Of a DNA stretch of 64,000 nt, positions 12,604 through 26,985 are shown in pieces. How positions within the stretch are numbered: the stretch's first letter is position 1; each line of letters starts with the position of its first letter. The translations under genes and the position numbers were made by a program. Source of the stretch: Raillietiella orientalis (Eukaryota); assembly GCA_036172245.1 (NCBI GenBank), contig JAYWIR010000051.1:558001-622000 (forward strand), written 5' to 3'. The notes below the pieces were generated by a model. It was not told where the DNA came from, made no database searches, and saw only the letters and a program-made list of their open reading frames with translations.

Positions 12604-15228
12604 GTTGATTACCCTAAAACTAACCAGGTCGGATTAAATATTTTTGCATGTAAATAACGGTTTCGGTTTTTCGCTCTGAATCACCAGTCGTGTATCACGA
12701 AAATTCTTGGGAAGAGCCCCGAACGCTCCAGCCACAGTAGTGCAGCTGTGTTGGCTCCGAAAGTAATAAATACGTGTACCACTATGACGATGACAACTAT
12801 CCGTGCACTTACTGCGTTGGATACAGGGAGAGGAAGAAAAAAAAAAAACGAAAACCAAACGGGGGGGAGGGGGAGAATCATATTAACTTTGCAATTTTAA
12901 AATGTTATCTCCGGAATTAAATGCATTTATGAGGATAATCCAATGCCACACTGCAGCAATTGGTTTGATGACAGCAACTGACTGCTTGAAATCTGATTTA
13001 TTTTGTCATCAATGCAGGCACTTAAGAATCAAAAAGAGTGAGGATACTTTGCCTACTTACAATATTTCGAAAAAAATCTTTTGATGGCAAACATCAAAAT
13101 CTTGAAAATGGAGTTTGAAGCAAGAAATTTGCACATCAAGCTATAACAAAAATAGCAGACGTTTAATATTTACGTTTGCATTTGTCGCTTGGCATATCAT
13201 CCCAGAGGAATTTCAAAAATTTAAAACCTCACGTTCAACAGTAATTAACTTTTGTATTTTTCTGACTTTTTTTTTTCTTTCATAAAATTGTTTCTTCTCA
13301 TGGAGTTTCACACCGTTGTGGAATCAGGTTTTTTAAACCTATTTATTTTTTTGGCATTCATCCATGAAAGGGAAACTCATTTCATTTCATGTGCTTTCTG
13401 TCAAAACTTGGTGCAATTTTTTAGAGATTTACTTATAAGTATGGTATCTGCATTCGTCATTACTATCATTTCATCTCTTCTCGAGAATTGGGTGATTTCG
13501 TTTTTCTTGGTTGAAAGTTCTTTGCGTGAATGGTGGAAGTCGTGACTGCTGATTTTGCTCCACTTTTGATTGCCGGGATAGAGTTGCTTTGAATCCAACT
13601 CTATCACTCGGCAGCCACGCTGCACATCCAAGAGCTCATTTCAAACCTTGATCCAATTCAACATCCCATTCTATTCCTTTTTTTTTTTTTTTTCCCGCCG
13701 AAGTTCCCATAGAGAAATGCTGTCTCGCTTTGTGCATTTTGAAATCCTTTTCATTTTTTCTTTCTCTCCTTCCCCCCTTTCCTGAACAGTTTCTTTATCT
13801 GCATCCTTTCATCGGATCAAAGTCCAATACCAATGCCCAAGTTGCCAACAATTCACTCCTGGAATTCTGCAATTTCTCTTGCGATGCAGTTTCCTTTGCA
13901 TACTTACGGGTTTTTTTAAAAAAGTCCTCTTTTCACACTCATCGATCGGCTCGTCAACTGCCGCCGCTTCTTCTGCTGCTGGGAACCCCCGAAGGACCAG
14001 TCGCTTCCGCCAAACTCCCTATGGAACACCGCCGGTCACGTTGGATGCCAACCCGAACGCAGGCACCTTCTTCCTTTTTTTTTTAAGCATGAAGTTCCGG
14101 AATCCCCGTGTCAACACCCACAGGGATTCCACACTGAAAATTCACTCCGATGCAAGCTGCATTTCATTTTTCAAGAAGAGATTCCATCCCGATTTTCGGG
14201 TGCAAAAATTCTGGGCGCAACACCTCATCACGCTTATCACTTGAAATCAATGTTGCCAACGTGCAAGAGTCGTTGCTTGCAAAACCTTACTGACATGCCT
14301 GGAATTGTCTTCGGAAATGCTTCTACCTTTCTTACATCCTCCTCGAGTGCAAAACGATTAGTGACACCATTAATCCCTGATAAAAAACTGCTACTTTATA
14401 TTTTCTCATATTTCTAAGGAAATATGAGGAAGCCAATATTCACAACGTTTACTTCAATACGTTTGTGTGAGTTCGAAGAATTTAAAATTTAATTTTTTGT
14501 AACGATTCCCTCGTTTTTTCCCCCTTTCTTTAAAAAAAAAAATCATTGATTCATACAAGTGCATATTGTGACAACTAAGGACCATTTCAGAATGTTCTTG
14601 AGAAAATGCAACTTATCAAAGACGTAAGTCCGTCATTAAGTATTCCGATTCCGAATTCTAAATATTTGATTGAAATCCCTCATCTAACTTTCTAACTGAA
14701 CTTCTTCATCCTGAAACATCATCTTGATATGTTTGTGCAAAGATTAGAATCCTATTACGGCAACTAAACAAGGAACTTCTTGCTATTCCTTCATCGAATC
14801 CGTTTCACAGAGTCGGAATGCATCACTGACACAAGCTCTATAAAGTTGTGTATTTGCAGTGACTTAAGGGGACAGATGCGAACTCCTCAAACTATTGTTT
14901 TGCAGCAGAATATAAAACTGAGGACAGGTTTATCCGATGTACCCAACGTTGTTGGAACCTGAGAACAGTCTCTACATTCTCCGATGTAAAATTAATACTC
15001 GTGAGCATTTTTAAATTGATCATGCACTTGTTCTCGAAATCTGGCTACGAATACGGGAAATCTGAATGCTTTCACTTGGAGAATGGTTTTCGAAGAATAA
15101 GCTACATCAGTACTTTCATAGGAAGCAGAGAAGGTATATTGATTCCTCAGAAGAGCACTACTGAGGTATCTTAATCGACTTAGGTAGCTTTCTACCTATG
15201 AGTACAATCATCGCCCGAGCTGCAAAAA

Positions 15229-15266
15229 GTCTCTGGGCGTTCCACGCAAGTGGAACGCCCAGAGAC
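15229..15266. repeat. Perfect 17-bp inverted repeat with GCAA tetraloop
   Basis: GTCTCTGGGCGTTCCAC-GCAA-GTGGAACGCCCAGAGAC, read directly. Confidence 0.95.
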
Positions 15267-15699
15267 CTTTAAATTCTTTAGGTGCTGTCCATTTTTTTTT
15301 AGCGGCATCTGCCTTCCCGAAGGTTTGAGAAATTTCTTGTCGAAGTTCTAGAAAATCTCATCCAATCCATACCCAGATTCCCTAGTTCATTAGTCTTTAG
15401 GGAACCATCCATTATTAAAATGCCAGCATTATTAGGGTTCGCTCCGGTGATTAGGGTTCAGTAACCCTTGACTTCCTCTCATCGCCCATTCTCCTATAAT
15501 TGGCTCTTCACTTTGATTAGTTGTAAAGAGAACCTTTTCCATTTGATGTACTATGAAAAGCTGTGCCATTAGGAGCATGTTGCAGTACTACAACTCTAGC
15601 TCCTCTTGTGATAGCCGGAGGGGCTTTCTCTGTGAAAATAGGAACCAGCACAATATCGAAAATCAACCTTTCGCGGTTATTTTTCTAGACGTAGCAGCA

Positions 15700-18200
15700 G
15701 TTGGTTTTGATCAACTGGTCTTGTTAAAGGGTTCGTCAAATAATTGATGTGCTTGTAGCCCGCACAAACTGGAAATTTTGGGTTTTGTCTTTCCATAAAA
15801 CTGGTGATACTTTAAGCGTTTCTGTGCAAAGTCGCTAACAGGTTTCTCTAGAAGAGGCAAAAATTCTCGAGTTGCCGTCAACATCCATTTATCACATTTG
15901 ACAACGTGACTAATAGAATGGAGAAGGGAGTCCGAAACTGACGAGAGTCTAAATGGCACGGAATCTAAAAGCTTCATAAATTTCATCCTCTGCATTCGGT
16001 TCGGTCTGCTCACCTCCGTGAAAGCTGATTTTCTCTTGACCTTGTCGAAGCATTTAATCACTGCCAGCATTTGTTCCAAGCTCTCGAAACACGGTTCTTA
16101 TCACCACAAAATTTTCGGGTTAGAACAGACCAACCCTGCCTATAGAGTATCGTTTTTGTTATCTGAGTATGCTGCCCAGGTCTTGTTTTTTAATTAGTTT
16201 CTGGTAGTGTCGATGAAACGCCTTCAATGCATCTACCGGTGCATTTAGCATCGTTCCACGGTGTTCGATTCGGAAGATGCCTGTTGCTGCGTTCTTCTCT
16301 CCCTCCCTACCCCTCCCCCCCAGTAAACCGGTGTCAGTCACCTTTATTGTTTCTATTTGTGGTTTTTTGCCTTATCGACCAATATTTGCTTCCTGTGTGA
16401 CCCTGGATCCCACTTATTTTTGGCTTTTCACTGAAGCCATTTTGATTTATACTGTGGACGGTTCCCTTCATGATATCCCAATTCACTGTGATCCGTGTTT
16501 CCCTTTTGGCTGAGTACTTCTATCATCTCATGATAAAACGGAAACTTATGGAACTGTTTCTATCACCATAAGTGCCGCTAACCTTTTCACGATCTTCCTG
16601 GGATTTGTAGTCCTGATATTGATCTGATGGGATGGTCTGATATCGGAGTTCATCGATCCACGCATCCCGATTTTCCATTCACTGTAATAATTCATGTGGT
16701 TATTTGTGTGTGCTGTGGAATTATTCCGCAACCTTTTGATGCCCACCAACAGCTCTTCCTTTGCTGTGCCTTCGTCCATTTCTATCCAAATTTCCAGTTG
16801 TTATTGTGAGGTCTAGATGTATTTCCTGAGGATTCGGGGATGTTCATGCTTCCTCGAATGCTTCTCATGAACACTGATTCAAAATGAATGGATGTTTCCT
16901 GAGCATGCCACTCTCATCCCAATCATTCTTCCTTCCCACGTTGTCAATGCCCTCAAGATTAAAGGAGCCAGCCTGTTGCTCAGCAATATTGCAGCTCCCT
17001 TGGTTCTCTTTTGCCACTGACTGGAGTATTCATCCCAATGTTTTGATGTATTTCCGTATTAATGAATTCTGTAATAATGTGCGTCTCTTGGAGTTATGCG
17101 ATGCCGCTGTTTCCTGTTGCTTTGACAACTGATCCTTTCTGATCCATTTGCATTTCATGATGTTTGCTTTACATTATGGATTCATACGAGATAGCTGGCC
17201 ATGCTTAAGGATCTTTGATCTGTTTTTCCCGATTCCCTTTACCCATCCGATTTCACGGATTCTGGTTGCCACTGCTTTCTTCCTCAGTGGGGTAACTGGA
17301 ATATTTGGATAATGTGCATTACGAAGATACTGGTACGACGGGTTTTCATTTTTCCGGAACCTTTGACATAACGACCTTTTTTTCTGTTCGGTCCATTTCG
17401 AGAGTGCCCTCATAGATTTGCATGCTCTCCCGCACGTTTCCTTTCCTTCCTGATTGTAGTGTGGCATCATCCACTGAGCTCTCTTCGTTCTCCGAGGTCA
17501 GTTCTCTTTCACTTTGCGTGCTGCGTTTCCGCTTTCAAAGAGACCTTCTGACTTCATAAGCACTGCTTCCTAAAGGCCACATTCCTGGATTTTTGCGACA
17601 TTTCCTTTTGGAATCTTTGGGGAAGCCTCTTCCAATTTTCGTAGTAATTGCCCTTCTCTCGCGTCCTCTACGTTGCCACGTCGCTCTCAGTACGAGGTGC
17701 ACTTGACCATTTGTTTTCTAGTTCCGAGTAGTCCTCCATCATGGTAGTCGGTTTTCGATGAATTACTGCTGGCGGCTTCCTCCCTCGCTTTCTGTAGTCC
17801 TTGTGTGTTTCTTCTTCATTTCCCTACTCTGCCTACTTCCATCTGGTCCTTTTCTTGTTCCGTTATTTCTTGTCATCTTGCAAGTTTCCTGCATTTCTTC
17901 TTCGTGCGCCCACCTCTCGGCAAAAGTTGCACTTTGGTGGACGCTCACGTGCGAGGCACGATCTTTTCTTGTCCGCACCTGGAGCAGAAATCGGAGGCCA
18001 TCATAGGTGCCAGAGCACGTGCAAGCTCTGCAGAAATCAGGCTGATTTTTTGATGAGTAACTTGAACATTTCTTTTCGCTCCGTGTCGATGTTCGCCGGG
18101 TTTGGAATGTCTCCATTTTGTTTAAAAGGATCACCTTCGCTTCAGGATGGCCAGAGATAACTTTTCCATAGAATTGTCGTTTGTAGTCGTTTCGCTTCCT
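15700..18200 (-). mobile_element. Decayed non-LTR retrotransposon (L1/Tx1-like): ORF1 knuckles, APE endonuclease, RT fragments
   Basis: Collinear minus-strand motifs: YDG..FCSRCGQEK and KCNFCREVG (~17900-18010); IA*LQETH (~17080-17100); KGAAILLSNRL and EGRMI (~16920-17010); ISDH (~16635); KCFDKV (ORF 15711-16079, RT KAFDxV motif). Broken by stops and frameshifts. Confidence 0.75.
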
Positions 18201-18299
18201 CACGTTTTGTAAGCAATTTCCAAGCTTGTTCCCTACTTGTTCTTGAGATCACGAAGATTTTCATTGGTACCTCTTAAAATTCTTCCTTCAAACAAAATT

Positions 18300-20060
18300 T
18301 CGTCAACTCAGCAACGATTGCTCCTTAGTCGACGGATGTAGAGAATTTGCCTCCCCAAACGATTCCATCGCTTTATTGAGCTGAGATTAATTTTCTTCTC
18401 ATGTAACGTGTGGTCTACTTTCTCCCACATTCTCATTACTGAATCAACGCACATGGAAGGTCGCTCTCTTTCTGCCTTCTCATCCATCATGAAAACAGGT
18501 TCTTCTTCATGAGGAATGTCCTTCAATAGATCAGGAGAATTCTTCTGGGTCGTTCCGTAGACGAGGCGTCTCCAGAAAAGAGGTTGAGCCATCCTCGCAT
18601 GGCGGTTCGGCTGCCCTGACCGAAGTGCCGCTTCTCACCGTCGACTCCTAAATACCTCGTGATTCTCAACAGTCAACACGGGCATCGCATCTCAGATTAT
18701 AGTGCCATCTGCAAGGCCTCACCGACTGCTGATTCAATTGCTGACCTTCCATCCCGAATCAGTGTGTGAATGCCGTTTCCTCTGTAGGAAATCATCGTGT
18801 TCTCGACGGTTTCCTTTCGGTATTCCAATTCTTTCCCAAGTTTATTACCACACCCCGTTGCTTGAACAGATGAAGAACGAGAGGTCTCTGTGACCAATGC
18901 ACTGATTTCTGTGCAGAAATAAGAAAGTTCCCTTGTTTTCCTCAAGCGTTTTCTTTCCTGTACGAGAGGGTACAGGAGAGAAAACGCATGCAGGGAGTCT
19001 TCGAATTTCTTTGCAGGAATCAGCTCAGTGCCCACGAGGACCCCTCGTTCTTCATCCCTTTCAGTTTCGAAAGCAGAACTCTTTCGATAGCACCTGACAC
19101 GCCTTCGTCCCTTTCATTACTCGATAAAGCCATCGATTTCAGCCCAGTCACATTGAACTAATGAACGTGACGAATAAATTCCAGTGTTGTCTCTCAGGGT
19201 TTCCGCATAAAGCCCAACGAATAAACATTGATTAGAGTACTTCAATTTGAGGTTATATTACTTCCATAATTCAGCCTCCATTTATGACCAACATACCGAA
19301 AATCCATCTCTATCTTAGAAGATACGAAGTTTGCTTAAACCTCCGAGCTTCTTGGGTGAATTCGGGGCATCCTTCGACTTAGGACTTTCTGTAATTCACT
19401 CTTTATTTTCTTGCTTTCTTTACGATGGTCTATTTCTCTCCATGACACGTGAGATACATCGTCACTGTTTTGCAAATGCAACACTAATGTTCACGGAATT
19501 GTGACTCCATGAACATTACTGTTAACCGACTAGTTCTCTCAACATCAGTATTCTGGCATGTATCTTCTTCAATGAAATGTATATATCTTTATGTATTTGC
19601 ATGCAAGGGTTTTTCCTGTGCTCTCACAAGCCCCGCTTCTAGTCGAAAGAAGCCATTTGCAGTGAATTACTTCGAGTCCGATTTGCTAGCCCTGAGGTGC
19701 ATGTTGAGTTTACAGAGCAGTTCATCTGCTTGCCTCGATATCCATTTTGAAAATTTCTCATCATCTTTAACATTGCCTCAGGTACGCAGATGAAACTTGG
19801 ATAATCAGCGGAACAGCATTGGATAGCTATCGGGCATTTCCAGAAGTACATCTACTTACGTTTGCATCCAGACAGGCATTGGGACTGCGATCTTGTTCCT
19901 CCATAGAATTCTGTTTACGATATGTGCATCGAGTTTTCCTTTAACGCTAGTAAATCGATCTTTCCACCATGAAAAGAGTAAACCATAAAGGCTTCGATAT
20001 TCTTTTCTTTTCTTTTTTAGAAAATCCTGCAGTGTAAGGTTATCTATAACACACACAAAG
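18300..20060 (-). mobile_element. Additional decayed LINE ORF2 fragments
   Basis: RITRYLGV (~18645-18670, RT YLG motif) and LLFSWWKDRF (ORF 19856-20056, like the C-terminal IWKxRN motif). Very degenerate. Confidence 0.4.
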
Positions 20061-21105
20061 ATTTCAAAACGGTACGTTTTTTGATCATTGTATATAAACG
20101 ATAAACATACATGGAATTATATAGATTTCAGAAGTATGAATTTCTTTCATTTCAAACAAACAGAACCATGTTTCTCTCTCTCTCTCTTTTTTTCTTCTCT
20201 GAAGGGAACCCGGAAGGGATCCGATCCTGTTTTGAATCTCTCTTTTTTTCTTTTCTACTCCTCATCACGCTCTTTCACGCTCTCACGAGGTAATGATTAC
20301 AAGGCCCTCAGAATCTGTGCCGAATGGACGAACCTCAGAACAAGCATCTCGCCTTATCTAAACGCTGATCTCTAGAGAAGATCTCTACAGCTCCGAGTAC
20401 CTTTCTCGTAAGCGTTGCACATCGCGATTTGCCGCAGGATTTCCTGAGATCGATTGATATGTCCTCCAGTTCTAAAGGATTCTTTCCCAGGTTTCTGCAA
20501 AAATAGATCAACCTATATTCTTGTTTTTGTTGTTTTGACACACACAAAAAAAAAAACTCTCTATTTTCTCCCCAGCTGACGGTGAATTTATGCACGGAAC
20601 ATTAAGGAGGTGGAAAACTATAAGCTTCACATGTTTCCTAGTGAATCATACAAAGGAAGAAGGTAGAGCATCAGAACATGCCGTTTCAAATAGAAGTATG
20701 GACACAGAATGACATAAAACATGACAGCATTTCGACATTCTTATGCTCTGTGTATCTACGTCCTCTAAAGTGTCCCGGCGCATCAGCACATGCGCATCTT
20801 CGCAAGAAACTCGAAAAACTACCTAAGTGGATGAAAAACTGTGAAAGTGGACTTCCATCCCTACAAAATGGCGGCATGCACACTGTCTCACGAAAGCAAG
20901 AGCGCGCATCTACTAAAACAGTTTTTCATCATCCGAGAAAAATGGCCCATGCAGTTTCATCTCTTATATTCATAAATACTAATGAATTTTTTTCTCATCC
21001 TTCCTATCCTTCCACCACCGATTATAAGGCCAGTTTGCACCTTCCTTATCCAAGAATGTAACTCCTCCTGGAGTTAAATTCTAGGATAGATTTAAATTCT
21101 AGATA

Positions 21106-21255
21106 GAACGAGTGGTCATCCTGGACCACTCGTTCGCTGTCTTTCAACGCGTTTGTATCACTCTCCACGAGCCATTCGCGGTCTTCAAGAGTTCACGTCA
21201 AAAAGAATCTTTTCGTGCAGAATCCCATTCTCATCAGTAAATTCCTGATGAGAAT
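21106..21255. repeat. Two perfect hairpins (12-bp and 11-bp stems)
   Basis: GAACGAGTGGTC-ATCCTG-GACCACTCGTTC (21106-21135) and ATTCTCATCAG-TAAATTC-CTGATGAGAAT (21227-21255). Confidence 0.9.
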
Positions 21256-24200
21256 TACAAAAAAGATGAATTACAAATGGCAAAACCATTCATTACACAC
21301 ACAAAAAAAAACGCCCCTTTGCAGTGAGAGTGTGATATTAGACGAATAATCTAATAATGTTTTACCACTAGTTAATTTGGAAGTGTTTATGTATCATAAG
21401 TCATGTTTTGGAAGGTCACTCGGAATGCCCAACTTATGCGGGCAGCATTGCTTGACACTTTCCATTTACTCCCAAACTGTTTTAAAACATGCTGATTCAA
21501 CAAGTGGATTTAGAAAAATCATCTTTGGCAGTACTTTCCTACATTTCTTTAGTTCTGCTGGGGTGTTTTTTTTAAAAACGGTTATACAGAATCCATGTAA
21601 GGGAATTAGACAGCGTGGTGATACATGGAAAGCCATGATGGTGCGTTTGTGGTTTCAGGTTTGAAATAAATATATGAGGGTTCAGTCGAACGAAACAAAG
21701 AAAACAGTGCGATCGCTTCTGTTCTGTGCTTTCTTCCGTATTTGTTGTTTCCAAAAATCTTTCAACTCTGACGGAAGAGTGCTTTCATAGCGTTGTCCAC
21801 GTCCAAGGACGGCGGATCGCTCCACGATCGCTACAAGAAGACCACAGTCCACACTCGCATGCTTTTCAGTTCTTTCTACAGGAGGTATGCTCACGTTTGA
21901 AATATCCACAAATGAAAAATGGAGTTCTTAGAACGAAGTCCTTTTGATTGTTGGATTGGAACAACTTCTCACATATGCCTTGTTGGCCCCTCTCGAAAAA
22001 ATGAAATATTCTCGAGTAATTTCATTAATGTGGCAAACCAATGAACGGTTATGGATACTCTCAACAGCTATGTGTATCAAGCTACAGGATGAGGATTTAT
22101 GGAGGAAATGATGTCCGCAAAGAGGCTAAACGAATGGAAAACTCATTTCTCACTTTACTCACAAATGCATTCTTACATTACATTTTTCTACTTGCCATTG
22201 CGCTTTAGACAAACTGGTTTTGCCATTATCAAGACACCTATATCGACTTCACTCAGTTTTCAAATTCCTAGAATTAGGCTATTTACGACATATATCATTT
22301 CTGAATTAGACGGAATTCGTATTGGAGACTTATTTGAGATTTACATTACATGTTATGGTGTCAACAAATTTCAATTAGGCAGCGGGAATACAATTTTAAG
22401 CAGCTTGTGATGAACCTATTAATCTACATTTCAGATAGTTCCACTTGAGTAGGTCCGTTTCAAAGTCATCATAGCAAGTCTGCATAGGCTTCAACTTAAT
22501 AGAGAATCTAATGCTGACTTTTCTCTTTGTGAAGAAATAACAGTAAACATTTGCATCAGTGAAAAGAAATAAAAAATTGAACAAGCATTCTGCATAAATA
22601 TCCTTTAGTTCCATGCAAAATTTTGTTGGATAAATTTTTGGGTAGCAGACAAATGATTCATGTATCAAAAAGAACACCTAATCAGATCTTTCAATAGGAA
22701 CCAATGCTTCTGGAGAAAAGAATATCGCTACAAGATAGAGCAGTTAAAAGTATTAATAAATACACACGTGTAAATACACTTAAAACGAATGTATTTCTAG
22801 TTCAATAAAAAAACAAATTTTTACATAATTGCGGAAGCAGCATAAATTTGCTTAAGTTTTAGATTTAGAAATGGAAAAATTGGGATCATTGCTAGCCGAT
22901 GCCCTATTTTATTCTTCGATGATGGTACACTCTCATCTTGAAACTTCGAATTGGGGAAACCAGAATTAAGGAATCTTTTTTGCTTTGAAACAGAAAAAAG
23001 AGTTATAGCAGTTAAGTGTTATAAGATCACAAAGCACCATTTGTTATGCAAACTGGAGAACTTCTCCTAATTTGGAAAGATCAAATAAATGCTGTATGAT
23101 TACGCCAATGACTGAATGATTCTAAAAGTAGAAAAGATGTTGCAGATGGAATTATAACTGCTTTTAATGGCAGTTTGAAAGAATGCATATTCAAATCAAT
23201 TCAGTGATCATAAAACTGGTTAGGCCTTCGAAAAGAAAACTGCATGGAAGCTCCGCGAGTTTGTTTAGGCGAAAGTCTACTTTAGCATAAGGAGCAAAGA
23301 AAAACTTTCCAGTAGGATTGAGATAGCAAAGAAATGAGAAAGATAAAATTCAACAAATGGAAAAAATATCATTTTTGGTGACCTGAAGAACTTTTGCGAA
23401 GGTAAATGATCGGTGGTTCGATGTAATAAATTTCTGTGCTCTACTGAACATTTCGAATTAGTGAAAATTACAAATCCTATACCACTCCTCAAGAGGGAAC
23501 ATGTTTAGGCTCTCAATAAAGAAATTGCTAACATAAAAATCAAATAAAACACATTTACGCATCAGTCTAAATTTGTTGTTTGGCTTGTTCATATTCTTGT
23601 AAACCTTGCTATTTTTATAAGACGCAGCTTACATTTATTTGCTGTTCCTCTAGCTCTGAAGTATGCTGAATTTTCGTTTTCTCCTTGCTAACAGAAGATG
23701 TGCACATAGAATTCGTTGCATTGTAGAGAGAATGTGTATTCATATGCGAATACTTTCTGATTAAGAATGTGGAATACACAGATAACTATTTTAAATGTAA
23801 ATACAGTGTTTGATATACTTGCCACATGATTATTGAGTGTCCTTAAACGATATAGAGATATTGTTTAATCTTTTCATACATCTGATTTGTCCGGAATTTT
23901 CTGTTTTGCTTGGGAGTTCTCTATTTTGTGCAAAAATGCTCAGATGTATTTCGTTATAATAAAAGGAAAAGTTTAAAAAGATGACCGAAAATTGAGCACT
24001 ATCAAATCTTGATTTTCCTTAAAATAAAGTTCCCTTCAATATTTTAGTTTCATAAATCAATTACATTGACTATGCTAGTAATTTACTTGGAATGCAAATA
24101 GGGATAGCTAACCAACCGTAAATAGTCAATGTGGCGGAGTGTGTAGTCTTGGTAATGCTGTGAACAAATGGAAGCTTTTTTGATGTTTTGTTACAAGATT

Positions 24201-26985
24201 ACAATGTTTCAGTAATAATGTTTTAACAGGCTAAGAATACGAATTGGAAGTGGTATGCGAAATAGAATTTCTTGATGAAAAATTATCAGTTTTCATATTC
24301 TTTTCTGTAGCAAGTAATTGGAAAGTTTTGTGTGTTCGTTTTATCCCTGTGACCTTATGATTACTAATTCTTTCATTAAAAATTGCACTTGATGTTCTAC
24401 TCCTTTGATCTGAATTTATTTTTGGATATCAATTCGTGGGCCTAATTTTATTTGGTATTGTTAAGTTTTGGCCTTTAAGTGTTTCCATGAAAGGTATGAT
24501 GTGCTTCCATTCTTGAGAACTAAAGTTGTATGTAATTATTCGAATAGTGTAAGCTGCACAATAAATGTTGGTTAAAAATTCTGATGCATAAGAAGTTTTA
24601 GTTATTTTTGGCATTATCTCAGTTCTTTCAAATATATTGTTTTGAAATGGTTTTTAGAAAATTCGTAATCAATTATTGTGTACATTTGTGGAGCTCCATA
24701 AAGAGATCAGGTTTTTTTCATCGTGGCCGTTAAATGTTGTATAATTTGCAAAAACAATTGTTGAAGGCTCTCATTTTTGTAAATCCGCATTATAATTGGT
24801 TAACGATGCCAAATTACTTCATGCATCGTTTATTTTCTGTTGAAGATTCCATATTCATTCGATATCTACTTCTAGCCCTTTTGCGTTTGGGTATATTATG
24901 ATTCGGCAGATTGCTTAATGAGCGTGCTTGCAGACGAAAGTATTAGTTCCACATAAATGGGGGTGCCTGTTAATTTGCTCATTAGTGTTGATCCAGTTAT
25001 GAAGTTCATGATTTAAGAATTTGAGTTTCTGTTCGGACCGAACGGCTGTTCAAGTAACAGCTGTGTTGATTTCCGATTCAAATTTTTTTGTGTTTTTTCA
25101 ACCGTATGTGGCGAAACTTTCCCAATGGAAGGAACAGCATTTATAATTGATTTGGTTGTCATTCACATCATAAGATGTAAAACATTGTGCAAAATTTAGA
25201 AGAAAGTATCATATTTCTTTTAAGATATTACTGTTCTCATCATTAAGACTTTTTTGAGAAACTTTGTGAACAGTTGTCAATACTTTGAAAAAATTCTCAA
25301 CAAATCTCAACCTGATTTCCATTTGTTCAAAATAGTCCGTTTTCAGTTAATTTGAATTTAGTTGTAGAGGTTGATCATTATCTGATGTGAAAAAGCATAG
25401 AAAGCCATCGGGTATTTTTTCAAGTAACACACTGGATTTCTTGCCCACTCAGTTTTACAACTAAGTTTGGATGTGCACTAAAGCATTGCATTGTCTTGTT
25501 TTGAGTTTACAATTTGCAGGAATTAATGTTGTGAAATTTTGATGGTTTCCAGTGTACTTTTTGGTAACATTATTCATTTAATTTGTACTCCTTGAAAACA
25601 TATGGTAAAGCCAATTTTAAGCATGCATCATAAGTTTTAATTAGTTCATCAGTTGTTGTTGAATTATTCATTTGTTGAATTATTTTGTTTGACACCCAAA
25701 GAAAGAGTTCAACTCATTTGCTGTTTTATTCATAATAAAGCATTTATGAAAGTCAAATTCAAATGGAAAGTCATCTTTCTGTGTCATGAATTAAGTTTGT
25801 GAATCCTATGAATTCAGCAAATTTTTGAAATTTGCACTATTAATGCACATCAATAAATGTGGATGCAATGTTTGAAAAAAATAATATCATTTCTGATCTG
25901 ATAGCCCATTCCATATTTGCTTCATCTGAGTAGATATTAAGCATGATTTGAGACATGTGAGTTTTTTGTTACCCAAATTTTCATGGAAGCTAATATATAT
26001 CTAGAGTCCTTGATGTGTTTATTAGATTGATGCATAAATGCAATCCAAAATGAGATAATTGTATTCTTGAATTCTATTATTTAAGCACTGTTTGTGGGAT
26101 TTTTATTTTTCTGTTGTTGTAGCATTACAAAATTGAATCATATCAGTTATGCATTTCAATTTTGTCTTGACTGACTTCATCTTTGGTTAAATTCAAATGA
26201 AAGTTCGAGTTAGTTAACATTTTGACGTGCATTTCTGCCAGTAATGGTTAACTTTAGTTTATTTTTTTTTGTTCACAAGATTGTCCAATGAACAATTTGT
26301 ATCACCTTGTTCCACAGATCCTCTTATTTTATACTGTAGTTAAGAGTTTAGTTTTGTTCATCAGATTTTGTTTATCCTGATTTAAATTCAATTCATATAT
26401 AATTACCCAGGTCACTTCAAGTCCTGATGAAGTGTTTATTTTCCATTAATTCAAAATTCCACATAGATCAGTATTCATATTCATTCATGAAATGCTCTGT
26501 AGTTTTTTAAAATTTGGAGATTCTTCACACCAGAAGCTCATGGAAAATTATGAAATCTAGTCTTAACAAAATATAAATAGCTTGCATTCTGTATTTGCCA
26601 GTTATTCCTAAGCTTAAGAATGTAAGTGAGATAACTTCAGAATAAAAATGTAGAATTCGTCAACTTTTTGTCCTTTTTTTTTGTTTCATCGGCAATGCAT
26701 ATTTTTGTGGGAACAGTATATATGTGTTTGTCTGGTAATCTCTTGAATTACATGATAAATAACATTTATTTATGTTGTGGCGAAATAATATACTGCTTAT
26801 TGTATTGATTTTGCTGTATATTATTGAGTAATGATTTGCGATACATTTGTTATATTCTAAAGATTATTACTTGCAGTGTTCTTAGTGCATTGTATTTGTT
26901 CTCGATATGTATGAAACCTTTATTATGGATGCCAACTTGCCTGTTGGAAACTAAAAAAATCCATGTTTGAAAATTCATATAAAAC

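Noticed and set aside
22300..26980. Possible gene or ncRNA in the AT-rich stretch upstream of UPF2
   Set aside because: No recognisable peptide, tRNA or snRNA signature; likely 5'-UTR intron or intergenic DNA.
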